Below are positions 47,707 to 56,592 of a stretch of 64,000 nt of DNA, piece by piece; within the stretch, counting starts at the first letter, position 1; the number at the start of each line of letters is the position of its first letter. The stretch lies in IMG/VR virus record IMGVR_UViG_3300030012_005163, positions 134,362-198,361 of that record; one strand, given 5' to 3'. The notes under the pieces were generated by a model. That model saw only the letters and a list, made by a program, of their open reading frames with translations. It was not told where the DNA came from and ran no database searches. Origin of the DNA: a virus. A program made the position numbers and the translations under genes.

Positions 47707-48498
47707 ATGAAGAAGAAGCACATTATTAAATCAGGAAAAAGATTGATTAAGAAAAAAATTAAATCAATCAAAGAAAGTAAACAACCTAAATTTTTATTTG
47801 AGGGTAGAGTAGAAGACTTAAAAAATTCTTGGACTGAGTTTGTGAATGGTGCTAAAAGAGAGGGGAAAGAAACAACTGAGGCAGCTAAAATTCTTGCAAA
47901 AATTATTAATAGAAAAGATGTTACAGAAGAAGATAAAAAGTTTCTCAAAGAACAGTCTAAAGATTTAGCAAGAATAGTAGCATTAATGGGATTAGGTGCA
48001 GTATCTATGGCACTACCTATTGCATTAGAAAAAGTCTTGAATAAGTGGAATATAAGTATTATGCCTAAGAGTCATAGTGAAGAAGTAGATGGAATAGAAG
48101 AACTAAATGAATCTACAGGTAATCTATTATATTCTGCAGTAGTTTTAGACGATGACGATCAAGATAATTTAATTATGTTTGTAGATGATTATGTTGAAAT
48201 TCCTTTAAACTGGAAAAAAATTGCACATCATATGACTATGGGATTTAAACAACCTGTACCTAAACATTTGAGAGATGATATAGGTAAAACAGTACAATTA
48301 ACAGTTAAAAAAATTGGGGTTTCAGAAGATGCAATAGCAGTTAAAGTAGATGGATATCATAGTAGTAATAAGATACCACACGTTACAATAGCCATACCTA
48401 AAGATGGTAAACCGTTCCATTCAAATTTAATTACGGATTGGAGACCTGTTGACGAAGAAATCATTATTAAAGGAAAGGTGAGAGAAATCTATTCTTAA
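47707..48498 (+). CDS. helical domain + 2H phosphoesterase (cyclic phosphodiesterase-like)
   Basis: Two HxT motifs (AHHMTM, IPHVTI) and YSAVVL, reminiscent of tRNA-ligase CPD domains. Confidence 0.65.
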   Translation: MKKKHIIKSGKRLIKKKIKSIKESKQPKFLFEGRVEDLKNSWTEFVNGAKREGKETTEAAKILAKIINRKDVTEEDKKFLKEQSKDLARIVALMGLGAVSMALPIALEKVLNKWNISIMPKSHSEEVDGIEELNESTGNLLYSAVVLDDDDQDNLIMFVDDYVEIPLNWKKIAHHMTMGFKQPVPKHLRDDIGKTVQLTVKKIGVSEDAIAVKVDGYHSSNKIPHVTIAIPKDGKPFHSNLITDWRPVDEEIIIKGKVREIYS

Positions 48499-48514
48499 TC
48501 ATATTTATTAGTAT

Positions 48515-49312
48515 ATGATTAGATTCAAAGACATACTAAAAGAATCCGAAGATTTAGATACATTAGTTAATAGAAAACTATTAAATATAGTTGCGAAAAA
48601 GTTCGATTTAAATTTTAATTATACTAATTATACTAAACCAATAATAGATCAGATAAGACGAGAAGGTATTATTACCTTTATGGATGAGATAATGGCTTTA
48701 GATTATCAAAAAATTGCGGAATTGTGTTGGTTAATATTTTTAAATGGTTCAATAAATTATTTAACTGATCCTATAAAAACAGATGAAACTTTTTATGTGT
48801 ATGAAGTAGGTTACTATGGTGAATTATCAGAAGATGAGGTAGACATTGATGGTGATTGTGGAGATTGTGACGGAGTGGGTACACAAAATAATGACTGTCA
48901 AACTTGTCAGGGTTCAGGGGAATACGATTATGGTGAAGGTGAGGTAGAGTGTGAAGACTGTGGTGGTGGTGGAGAAGTAGAAGATGACTGTTGGAACTGT
49001 GAAGGGACAGGTATTGATTACTTTCAAGAAACAGAATATCATATAACAGATAATACACTAATATTATATAGTAACGAACCAAATTTAGATAGACCTATAG
49101 TGAATGAAACAAATTTTGAATTGTGGTATGATGAAAATGAGGCACTTTTAATACCAATGCAGGATAAGTGGGAAGATACGGAAAGTAGTTTTGATAGTGA
49201 TGATTTGGAAAGTAAAGAAGGAACAGTTAGTGTGTATTATCCACAAGAAGATATACATTTTGAAAATGCAAAATACAGAACGTATTTTAGAAATTTAATT
49301 GAGCATAGATAA
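48515..49312 (+). CDS. paralog-family protein with four CxxCxGxG zinc-binding repeats
   Basis: CGDCDGVG, CQTCQGSG, CEDCGGGG and CWNCEGTG. Confidence 0.75.
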   Translation: MIRFKDILKESEDLDTLVNRKLLNIVAKKFDLNFNYTNYTKPIIDQIRREGIITFMDEIMALDYQKIAELCWLIFLNGSINYLTDPIKTDETFYVYEVGYYGELSEDEVDIDGDCGDCDGVGTQNNDCQTCQGSGEYDYGEGEVECEDCGGGGEVEDDCWNCEGTGIDYFQETEYHITDNTLILYSNEPNLDRPIVNETNFELWYDENEALLIPMQDKWEDTESSFDSDDLESKEGTVSVYYPQEDIHFENAKYRTYFRNLIEHR

Positions 49313-50331
49313 TGATAAAGTTTATTAACATAATGGAAGAATACGGTGCTAACTTTAGAAAAGATAACTACACTGCACCAAAATTAGATACCCCAATTAA
49401 TAGAAAGTTAATGAATATAATTTCTAAAAAGTTTGATTTTGATTATTTTAGGGGTGCAGCATCTAAGTGGAGTTGGAGTAGTAAAAGACATATATTTTTT
49501 AATAGGTATTTCAAAGGAGGATTAACAAATGATAACGATTTACCGTATAATAATATCTATCAATTTATGAAAAACACACTATTTTTAGATGAAGATAAAA
49601 TAAATGAATTGGCGTTCCTTTTGGCAACTAATTTAAAGGTTAAGGATTGGCTGACAGATCCTATTTTAGAACCGTATGATTATTACTATTATGATATTCG
49701 CTATTATGACGATTATGTAAGTGATGAAGAAGAGGAAGAATGTGAGACTTGTGAAGAATGTGGTGGTAGTGGATATGAAGATGATGATTGTCAGTATTGT
49801 GATGGTGAAGGAGAACAAAGATTAGAATGTGGGTATTGTGATGGTGAAGGAAGTTTTAGAGATGAAGAAGGAGAGGAAGAACAATGTGATGAATGTAATG
49901 GTGATGGATACGAAGAAGTAGAATGTGATGAATGTCATGGTGATGGTAGATCTGATGAAGATTGTCATTGGTGTGGTGGAGACACAGAGATATGTGAAAC
50001 TATGTATTATAAACAAATTAATGAAATGAGAATTAAATTGATATCACCAGTAAAGTTACCATCTCCGGGTACACAAATACGTAATTACTATACTGAGAGT
50101 TATACTGATTGGAGAGATAAGATTGAAAACGATGAAGGGTTAATTGTTTTAACTGATGAAGTTTTTGATACCGAACAAGATGAGTATAACCCGGATGAGA
50201 ATAGTTATAAGAGTCCTTTATATGAACAGGAGGATAAAATAAAATATTTTGAGGAGTCAACTCTTCGAAGTGAGATGGAGGAGTGGAGATTCGGTCAATT
50301 AAATCACCCATTTAAATCAGTATTAAGATAA
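49312..50331 (+). CDS. paralog-family protein with six CxxCxGxG-type repeats
   Basis: CEECGGSG, CQYCDGEG, CGYCDGEG, CDECNGDG, CDECHGDG and CHWCGGD. Confidence 0.75.
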   Translation: MIKFINIMEEYGANFRKDNYTAPKLDTPINRKLMNIISKKFDFDYFRGAASKWSWSSKRHIFFNRYFKGGLTNDNDLPYNNIYQFMKNTLFLDEDKINELAFLLATNLKVKDWLTDPILEPYDYYYYDIRYYDDYVSDEEEEECETCEECGGSGYEDDDCQYCDGEGEQRLECGYCDGEGSFRDEEGEEEQCDECNGDGYEEVECDECHGDGRSDEDCHWCGGDTEICETMYYKQINEMRIKLISPVKLPSPGTQIRNYYTESYTDWRDKIENDEGLIVLTDEVFDTEQDEYNPDENSYKSPLYEQEDKIKYFEESTLRSEMEEWRFGQLNHPFKSVLR

Positions 50332-51620
50332 TGAAACTATATAACCTCATATCAGAATCTAATGACAGTAATGTAACGTATACTGAACTAACTCCTGTAG
50401 ATAGAAAGTTATTACAATTTATGTATGATAAAGGAATTAGTCAAAATAATGATAAACTAATATATAAATTTTTAAAAGATACATTGGCAATAGATGATTT
50501 AGAAACGCAAGTTAGATTAATTAATTTATATATGTTAAATGCAACTTCTGCACGTGAACATAAAAGAGGTTTCTTAGATATGGATAAGGTAGTAGAGTTA
50601 GATACTACTGCTAGTAATGATTATATTAAAGTATTGTCAGAATTTAAAGGAATACCAGAGACATTTGTTGTTGAAGTTTATAAGGGAGATATAAGGGATT
50701 ATTATAACACTTATCTACCAGAGTATAGAATTTTTGATGTTGCTAGAGGTGGTTATGAAACTTATCAAATTGCGAGAGATTATGATGAAGCGTGGAACGC
50801 AGCACAAACTAGAGTGTATGATATAATTCAAAGTGAAGGATATGATGCATTAAATCAAGAATGGTTAATGGGGTACGTAGAACCAGATGAATTAGAAATA
50901 AGGTTATATGTAAGAGAAGGGACAGAAGAAAGGGTGAGAGATTACGATGAAGATGAGTTAAGAGAGGAATTATTTAATCACAATAGTGAGGACTGGGATC
51001 TATATGACGGTGCAGAGTATGACACTAAATTATATAAAGATGAGATAAAAAAATTATCATTAGAAATTCAAGAGAAAGAGTTTAAAAAAGATAATGTTGA
51101 AGCAGAATTAATAGTTTTAGAAAAGGATATTGAAAGATTAGATTATTATAGTGATGACGAAACTAACTATAGGGATATGGAATATAGTGAAGAGATTGAG
51201 GGGTTACAAAGTACCTATAATAATTACAAACGAATTTTCGATGAATTAGAAACATATTTGGAGGAATCTTATAAAGAATTAGATAAGTTACAAACTAATT
51301 TAGAAGAAAGTAAAACCATATTAGAAAAATATAGTGGTGAAAGTCTTATTGAAATGTATATTGAACAAATAACTGCCGATAGAACAGAAGAATTCGTAGA
51401 TGATATAGACAGTTTTTTAAGTTATGCAAGTATGGAAATTTCTGAAGCATATGAGTACGGTTATATAGACATTGACAGAGATGAGGTTATGGAAGGAGCA
51501 GTCAGGGATGATGGGTTAGGACATTGGTTAGCGGGATACGATGGAGGCGAAAATGAAGAGACAATTACACTAGAAGATGGTAATTATTCCGATCCTTTTT
51601 ATTTGTTTAGGAATAATTAA
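50331..51620 (+). CDS. acidic paralog-family protein with coiled coil
   Basis: LISES leader, LTPVDRKLLQF domain, LAGYDG...FYLFRNN end; similar to 46535-47698. Confidence 0.75.
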   Translation: MKLYNLISESNDSNVTYTELTPVDRKLLQFMYDKGISQNNDKLIYKFLKDTLAIDDLETQVRLINLYMLNATSAREHKRGFLDMDKVVELDTTASNDYIKVLSEFKGIPETFVVEVYKGDIRDYYNTYLPEYRIFDVARGGYETYQIARDYDEAWNAAQTRVYDIIQSEGYDALNQEWLMGYVEPDELEIRLYVREGTEERVRDYDEDELREELFNHNSEDWDLYDGAEYDTKLYKDEIKKLSLEIQEKEFKKDNVEAELIVLEKDIERLDYYSDDETNYRDMEYSEEIEGLQSTYNNYKRIFDELETYLEESYKELDKLQTNLEESKTILEKYSGESLIEMYIEQITADRTEEFVDDIDSFLSYASMEISEAYEYGYIDIDRDEVMEGAVRDDGLGHWLAGYDGGENEETITLEDGNYSDPFYLFRNN

Positions 51621-51669
51621 TTGACATTTAAATAATATATTATTATATTTAATCAAAATTAATAATAAT

Positions 51670-51876
51670 ATGTCGGAAAGAGTAAAACACCCTAAACATT
51701 ATAATAGAGGAATTGAAATGTGGGACTATTCATATTCACACAATCTAGATTTTTTCGAAGGTAATATTGTAAAATATGTTACAAGATGGAAAGATAAAAA
51801 TGGTATAGAAGATCTCTATAAGGCAAAACAGTATTTAGATAAACTTATTTCGCTTAATGAAGTTTTAGAAAAATAA
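51670..51876 (+). CDS. DUF3310-family phage protein
   Basis: VKHPKHY...FFEGNIVKYVTRW..KNGIEDLYKAKQYL. Confidence 0.85.
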   Translation: MSERVKHPKHYNRGIEMWDYSYSHNLDFFEGNIVKYVTRWKDKNGIEDLYKAKQYLDKLISLNEVLEK

Positions 51877-51900
51877 ACATATTTATTTCCAAAAAAAGTT

Positions 51901-52233
51901 ATGGAAAAATATTTTATTAACGAAGTTTTGGAAATGGATTGTGATGATAATGGAAATCTAACTGTTAAATTTGTTTTAGAAGAAGATGAAGAAAATACAT
52001 ATAGGTTGTTAGAAACAAACGAATATTATTATTGGGTTGATGAAAACTATAACGATGAAATAAGTGGTGAACCACTTACAAATGATTGGGATGAAGAAGA
52101 ATACCATTCATACGAAGGTTTTAATTTTGTACAATGGAAAGATTATAACCACAGTGAAGAAGTTGTTATAGAGTTTATAAAAGATAGTTTTTTAAGTAAA
52201 GAAGAATTACCAAATAAAATAAAAATAGAATGA
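51901..52233 (+). CDS. hypothetical acidic protein
   Basis: 110-aa ORF. Confidence 0.6.
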   Translation: MEKYFINEVLEMDCDDNGNLTVKFVLEEDEENTYRLLETNEYYYWVDENYNDEISGEPLTNDWDEEEYHSYEGFNFVQWKDYNHSEEVVIEFIKDSFLSKEELPNKIKIE

Positions 52234-52430
52234 AAAGATTAACAGTACATTTAAAAAGAGTCAATAAAAAAACAGAAGTTATTGACGGTAAGAGTAAAAG
52301 TAAAATTTTTAACACTTTATCTTATAGAGTTAAAGATGAAGATGAAGCAAATATTATAGTAAATAACATCAACGAAAACGAAAAGCCACGTAACAACGTA
52401 AAAAAGTGGTACTTATCCGGTATTAGATAA
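52230..52430 (+). CDS. small basic hypothetical protein
   Basis: 66-aa ORF with ATGA overlap. Confidence 0.55.
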   Translation: MKRLTVHLKRVNKKTEVIDGKSKSKIFNTLSYRVKDEDEANIIVNNINENEKPRNNVKKWYLSGIR

Positions 52431-52470
52431 TTTATTAAGTTTTTTATATATTTATATATAAAAGACGCAA

Positions 52471-52890
52471 ATGAGCAATATTGACAAATTAAGACAACTA
52501 GTTGAGGATTTATCACTACGAGATCAAGATTTAATACAAAAAGTTCAACACTTCGACATTTTAGAACACGTATTTTTAACTTCTCCTCGTCCTATGGCTA
52601 TTATGGCAGAAGATTGGAAATATTTGTTAGTAAATGAGTTGTTCGCAGAACTTTATGGGTTTGAAAACCCTAATGATATGGTGGGGAAAAGACATTATGA
52701 ATTATTCCTTAAAATTCCTGAAAGACCTATTGATGAAATTAATAGTAAATTAAATAATGAAGGAAGTTGGCAAGGTGTTATAAAATGTCCACATAAATCA
52801 GGACAAGATTTTATATCTAAAATTACTTTAAAAAAAGTTGATGGTAAGGATGTATTACTTTGTACTTGTGAAGTAGTAAAAGATAATTAA
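52471..52890 (+). CDS. stand-alone PAS-domain protein
   Basis: FLTSPRPMAIM...LLVNELFAELYGF...DMVGKR...SWQGVIKCPHKSG fits the PAS pattern. Confidence 0.7.
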   Translation: MSNIDKLRQLVEDLSLRDQDLIQKVQHFDILEHVFLTSPRPMAIMAEDWKYLLVNELFAELYGFENPNDMVGKRHYELFLKIPERPIDEINSKLNNEGSWQGVIKCPHKSGQDFISKITLKKVDGKDVLLCTCEVVKDN

Positions 52891-52892
52891 TA

Positions 52893-53234
52893 ATGGGTAA
52901 TAACGGAAATCAAAATGGGTGGAATGAATATTCACGACTTGTCTTAGCAGAATTAGAGAAATTGAATAATAAAGTAGATTCACTAACTGAGGAAAATAAT
53001 GATATTAAACAAGAACTATCTAAATTAGAACAATTTAAAGACGAAATATCTTCATTAAAAGATTGGAAAGGTAATGTAGATGAAGTATCTTCACCTACAC
53101 AATTAAAAGAATTACAAAAAGAAGTTAGTGATTTAAAAACATTTAAAACTATGTCTACAACTGTATGGGTGGTAGTACAGATTATTTTTGGTATTGCTGC
53201 AACTTTATTTGGACTTTATTTAAAATCTAGTTGA
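52893..53234 (+). CDS. coiled-coil protein with C-terminal TM helix
   Basis: Heptads then TVWVVVQIIFGIAATLFGLYL. Confidence 0.6.
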   Translation: MGNNGNQNGWNEYSRLVLAELEKLNNKVDSLTEENNDIKQELSKLEQFKDEISSLKDWKGNVDEVSSPTQLKELQKEVSDLKTFKTMSTTVWVVVQIIFGIAATLFGLYLKSS

Positions 53235-55096
53235 GGTTTAGTAACTAAGTTTACTTTTAGATTTACCCCATTTTCTTTACCCCACTCCTCAAACGCAATA
53301 GCGTGAGGTTCTCTGTCTTCATACATTTCTATTAACTCAGTATTTGGAAACCTATTTAATAGACTAACAATAGTATTTAACTTACTATTTAATGTGTCCC
53401 CATCATCTTTATAGTGATATTCATCAAAAACAATATTGTTACTGTGTAATATATCTTCTACTTGATCTTTCTGGTTTGGTAGTCTTCCTGTTAACATAAC
53501 CATATAAGTGTTAGGTGTATCACTTTCAATAACATAATCACTTATTGTAGATTTAATTGGTTGAATATCGAATACCTCAGTATCTAAAGATTCTCTTTTA
53601 CTCCACCAACCTCTATGTGGATATGGTGAACCGGTTTTTTCTTCCCATTCTCTTTTACCTTCTTCTGCGTGTGGTGTGTCCATCAACGTACCATCAAAGT
53701 CAAAGATTGCAATCTTGTTAATATCTAAAGGGTCTCCTACTGTTTCCATAATTAATCTGAATTTACTTACTGTTATACATTCGTTTAAATCTAATACACT
53801 ACCTTGTACCCAAGGGGTGAAATCTTCTAACGAAGTTTTATGTTTTTCTCCGTTATATGTAAAAGTAATCATTTTTTCATCAAGATCCAAATCTTTTTCT
53901 AAAAATTGTAATTTTCCATCACCACTAGTCCATTCTTTCCGCCACCTATGAAATCCAAACCCACTTTTTTTAAGAAACTCTGTAAATTCTTTTTTTAGTT
54001 TTATTTTTTCTGCGTAATTTTCATCTTCTTCTAATTTATGTAATTTTCGTTCTAGTACCGCATTTAATACTTCTTTAACATATTTTGCACCTGCTTCATC
54101 AATAAAGTCACCACTCCAATATACATCATCCAAATCACAATTACCACAAGGGTTTAGTTCTTCTTCTAAATCTTGTAAATCACTAAATGTAAAAATATCA
54201 TGTTCTTTAATTTTCTCTAATAAATCTTCATATGGTATCTTTATGGTGTGTGGACCATAAGAAAATTGACTGGTGTAAGGGACGTAAGTAATTTCATCTT
54301 CATAAAATTCTGTTACTTGTTCTGTTCTATATCTACCAGTTTCACCATTTAATGCCCAAACATATTCATCTACTACATCGTCTTTATCATCTTTAGTAAG
54401 AAAGTCATCTAAATATTCGTATAGTCCACCATCGTTGTCCATACCACCATATTTAGGATCATCAACATAAACACCTACTATATCACCTATCCTTTTTACT
54501 ATATCTAATGTCTTATCATTATACATTACATAGTTAAATTCTTCAGTATCATAATCTTCTGAACCTGCTCCGTCATCACCAATTCTCCACGCCTGATCTC
54601 CAACACCAGATATAAATTGTTCAAAGTCGTCACCATCACCCGCAATTTCTAATCCATCTCTTTCAAAATTAACACAAGGTGTTTTTGGATATCCGCTAGA
54701 ATTACAATAATAAAAAGCGTCACCTAATAAAGTCTTAACTAATTTATTGTGTTCATCACTAGGGTAATAAACTTCTAATACTTCATCTTCATCACCATCT
54801 TTTTCTTTAAGTCTCTCAACAAATTTATATAATGCATCTCCTCTATTAACATTTTCAATAGTTTCCCATGGAATTCTATATTTATTATCCCCAAACTCAT
54901 TATTTCCAACCTTAACTGCGGATTTGGTATCTTTATTTAAAATCCATAATGCGTACCATTGTTTAGCTTCTTCATTGGTAAATCCTAATGTAGTTTTTAA
55001 CCACTGTAACACCTTTGATTTCCTAGGGTAAGTACCAACAAACTCTTTATTGATAAAATCTATTATTTTTATTTCTAATTTAGAAAATTTGTTCAT
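53216..55096 (-). CDS. paralog-family N-terminal region fused to a HAD phosphatase (Swiss-Army-knife RNA-repair-like HAD)
   Basis: C-terminal ~165 aa: IAIFDFDGTLMDTP, GWW, MLTGR and MYEDR; N-terminus FSKLEIKIIDFINK...WLKTTLGF resembles the paralog domain. Confidence 0.7.
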   Translation of the reverse strand: MNKFSKLEIKIIDFINKEFVGTYPRKSKVLQWLKTTLGFTNEEAKQWYALWILNKDTKSAVKVGNNEFGDNKYRIPWETIENVNRGDALYKFVERLKEKDGDEDEVLEVYYPSDEHNKLVKTLLGDAFYYCNSSGYPKTPCVNFERDGLEIAGDGDDFEQFISGVGDQAWRIGDDGAGSEDYDTEEFNYVMYNDKTLDIVKRIGDIVGVYVDDPKYGGMDNDGGLYEYLDDFLTKDDKDDVVDEYVWALNGETGRYRTEQVTEFYEDEITYVPYTSQFSYGPHTIKIPYEDLLEKIKEHDIFTFSDLQDLEEELNPCGNCDLDDVYWSGDFIDEAGAKYVKEVLNAVLERKLHKLEEDENYAEKIKLKKEFTEFLKKSGFGFHRWRKEWTSGDGKLQFLEKDLDLDEKMITFTYNGEKHKTSLEDFTPWVQGSVLDLNECITVSKFRLIMETVGDPLDINKIAIFDFDGTLMDTPHAEEGKREWEEKTGSPYPHRGWWSKRESLDTEVFDIQPIKSTISDYVIESDTPNTYMVMLTGRLPNQKDQVEDILHSNNIVFDEYHYKDDGDTLNSKLNTIVSLLNRFPNTELIEMYEDREPHAIAFEEWGKENGVNLKVNLVTKPQLDFK

Positions 55097-55176
55097 AAAG
55101 TTAAATTTATATCTATAAATATTAAAAATAAAGTAATAAATTTGGATAATTAAAAAAAATATTATACTTTTATGGT

Positions 55177-55662
55177 ATGAATATTTTTATATTAGACGAA
55201 GACCCAAAAAAATGTGCTGAGTATCACAACGATAAGCACGTAGTTAAAATGATATTAGAAAGTGCACAACTTCTATGTGGTGTCCATCATATGGTAGAAT
55301 CAGGTTTAGATGTACCTTATGGTTTATCCCATAAGAACCACCCTTGTTCTATATGGGCAAGAGAATGTATAGAAAATTATGTATGGTTATGTGATTTAGG
55401 TATTGAGTTATGTAAAGAATATACATATCGATATGAAAAGAGACACAAATCACAAGATATAATCGAATGGTGTATGATTAACCACCCACCATTAAAAGAG
55501 TTGGGTAAACTAACACCATTTAGACTTGCAATGCCAGATGAATGTAAAATTGGTAATGCAGTTGAGTCATATAGAGAGTACTATATTAGAGAGAAAAAAT
55601 ACTTTTCTAAGTGGAAAAAAAGAAATATCCCGCATTTTATGGTAAAATGTTTGGCAGTTTAA
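55177..55662 (+). CDS. pyrimidine-dimer DNA glycosylase / endonuclease V-like protein
   Basis: MNIFILD.DP..CA.YH.DKHVVKMILESAQLL, HKNHPC.IW and ESYREYY. Confidence 0.75.
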   Translation: MNIFILDEDPKKCAEYHNDKHVVKMILESAQLLCGVHHMVESGLDVPYGLSHKNHPCSIWARECIENYVWLCDLGIELCKEYTYRYEKRHKSQDIIEWCMINHPPLKELGKLTPFRLAMPDECKIGNAVESYREYYIREKKYFSKWKKRNIPHFMVKCLAV

Positions 55663-55681
55663 AATATTTGCAGTATATTTG
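55650..55681 (+). promoter_or_regulatory. Bacteroidota sigma70-type promoter
   Basis: TTTG (55650-53), N20, TATATTTG (55674-81). Confidence 0.65.
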
Positions 55682-55702
55682 TAATAACAAAAATAAATAA
55701 CT

Positions 55703-56494
55703 ATGGAATACTTAAATTTAGAACAAATCGGAGCACAGTGTCCTTCGGCATTAACACAGACACAATCAAGACATCTTTCACACATTTACAAACACATTCC
55801 TACTACTAAGGTAATTGATATCTTAGAAGAGAAGAATTGGAAACCAACCGCAGCGATGCAAACTGGTACTCGTACAGGATATGAAGATACCGTACCATTT
55901 AAGAAACACATTTTACGTTTCAGAAATACGGAGATGGATAACCTTTCCAATGAGATTGGGGATACACATCCAGAGATTGTATTAACCAACTCTCACAATG
56001 GTAGATCTTCATTCAAATTTCATGTAGGACTTTTCAGATTGGTTTGTAGTAACGGATTAGTAGTTGCGGATCAGACATTTGATCAGTACACTATTCGTCA
56101 CAAAGGATTTAAAAAGTCTTCTATCTTAGATACGGTAGGACAAATTACTACACATATCCCACAAGTTGTTGGTAAAGTACAAAGTATGATGGGTGTGGAA
56201 CTAACACCTCAACAACGAAGAGATTTCGCACAACAAGCGGTAATCGAAAGATGGGGTAAGGACAGACATGTTAACTTAGATGAATTACTAACCATTAACA
56301 GAGCCGCAGATAGAGGAAATGATTTGTGGACAGTATTCAACAGAATACAAGAGGGGATGATTAGAGGTGGTTTAAATACCTACGTTAAGAAAGACGGAAA
56401 AATTAAATATAATAAAACCAGAGCAGTTAAGTCGATAGATGAAAATCTAAAGGTTAATAAAATGTTGTGGAGTTTATCAGAGACTATGGTGTAA
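55703..56494 (+). CDS. DUF932/DUF945-family protein
   Basis: EIVLTNSHNGRSSF...GLFRLVCSNGL; DLWTVFNRIQE. Confidence 0.85.
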   Translation: MEYLNLEQIGAQCPSALTQTQSRHLSHIYKHIPTTKVIDILEEKNWKPTAAMQTGTRTGYEDTVPFKKHILRFRNTEMDNLSNEIGDTHPEIVLTNSHNGRSSFKFHVGLFRLVCSNGLVVADQTFDQYTIRHKGFKKSSILDTVGQITTHIPQVVGKVQSMMGVELTPQQRRDFAQQAVIERWGKDRHVNLDELLTINRAADRGNDLWTVFNRIQEGMIRGGLNTYVKKDGKIKYNKTRAVKSIDENLKVNKMLWSLSETMV

Positions 56495-56520
56495 TAGTGG
56501 TTTGATTTGTTTGTAAAATT

Positions 56521-56548
56521 AGGGGGAAGAAATTCTCCCTTTTTTTTT
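56521..56548 (+). terminator. intrinsic terminator
   Basis: AGGGGGAA-GAAA-TTCTCCCT with T tract. Confidence 0.65.
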
Positions 56549-56576
56549 GTTTATTAAAATATTTTTTGTATATTTG
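56546..56576 (+). promoter_or_regulatory. Bacteroidota sigma70-type promoter
   Basis: TTTG (56546-49), N19, TATATTTG (56569-76). Confidence 0.6.
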
Positions 56577-56592
56577 TATAAACAAATTAATT

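Noticed and set aside
45427-51620. Diversity-generating retroelement behind the paralog array
   Set aside because: No reverse transcriptase and no near-identical template/variable repeat pair differing at adenines; the paralogs are anciently diverged.
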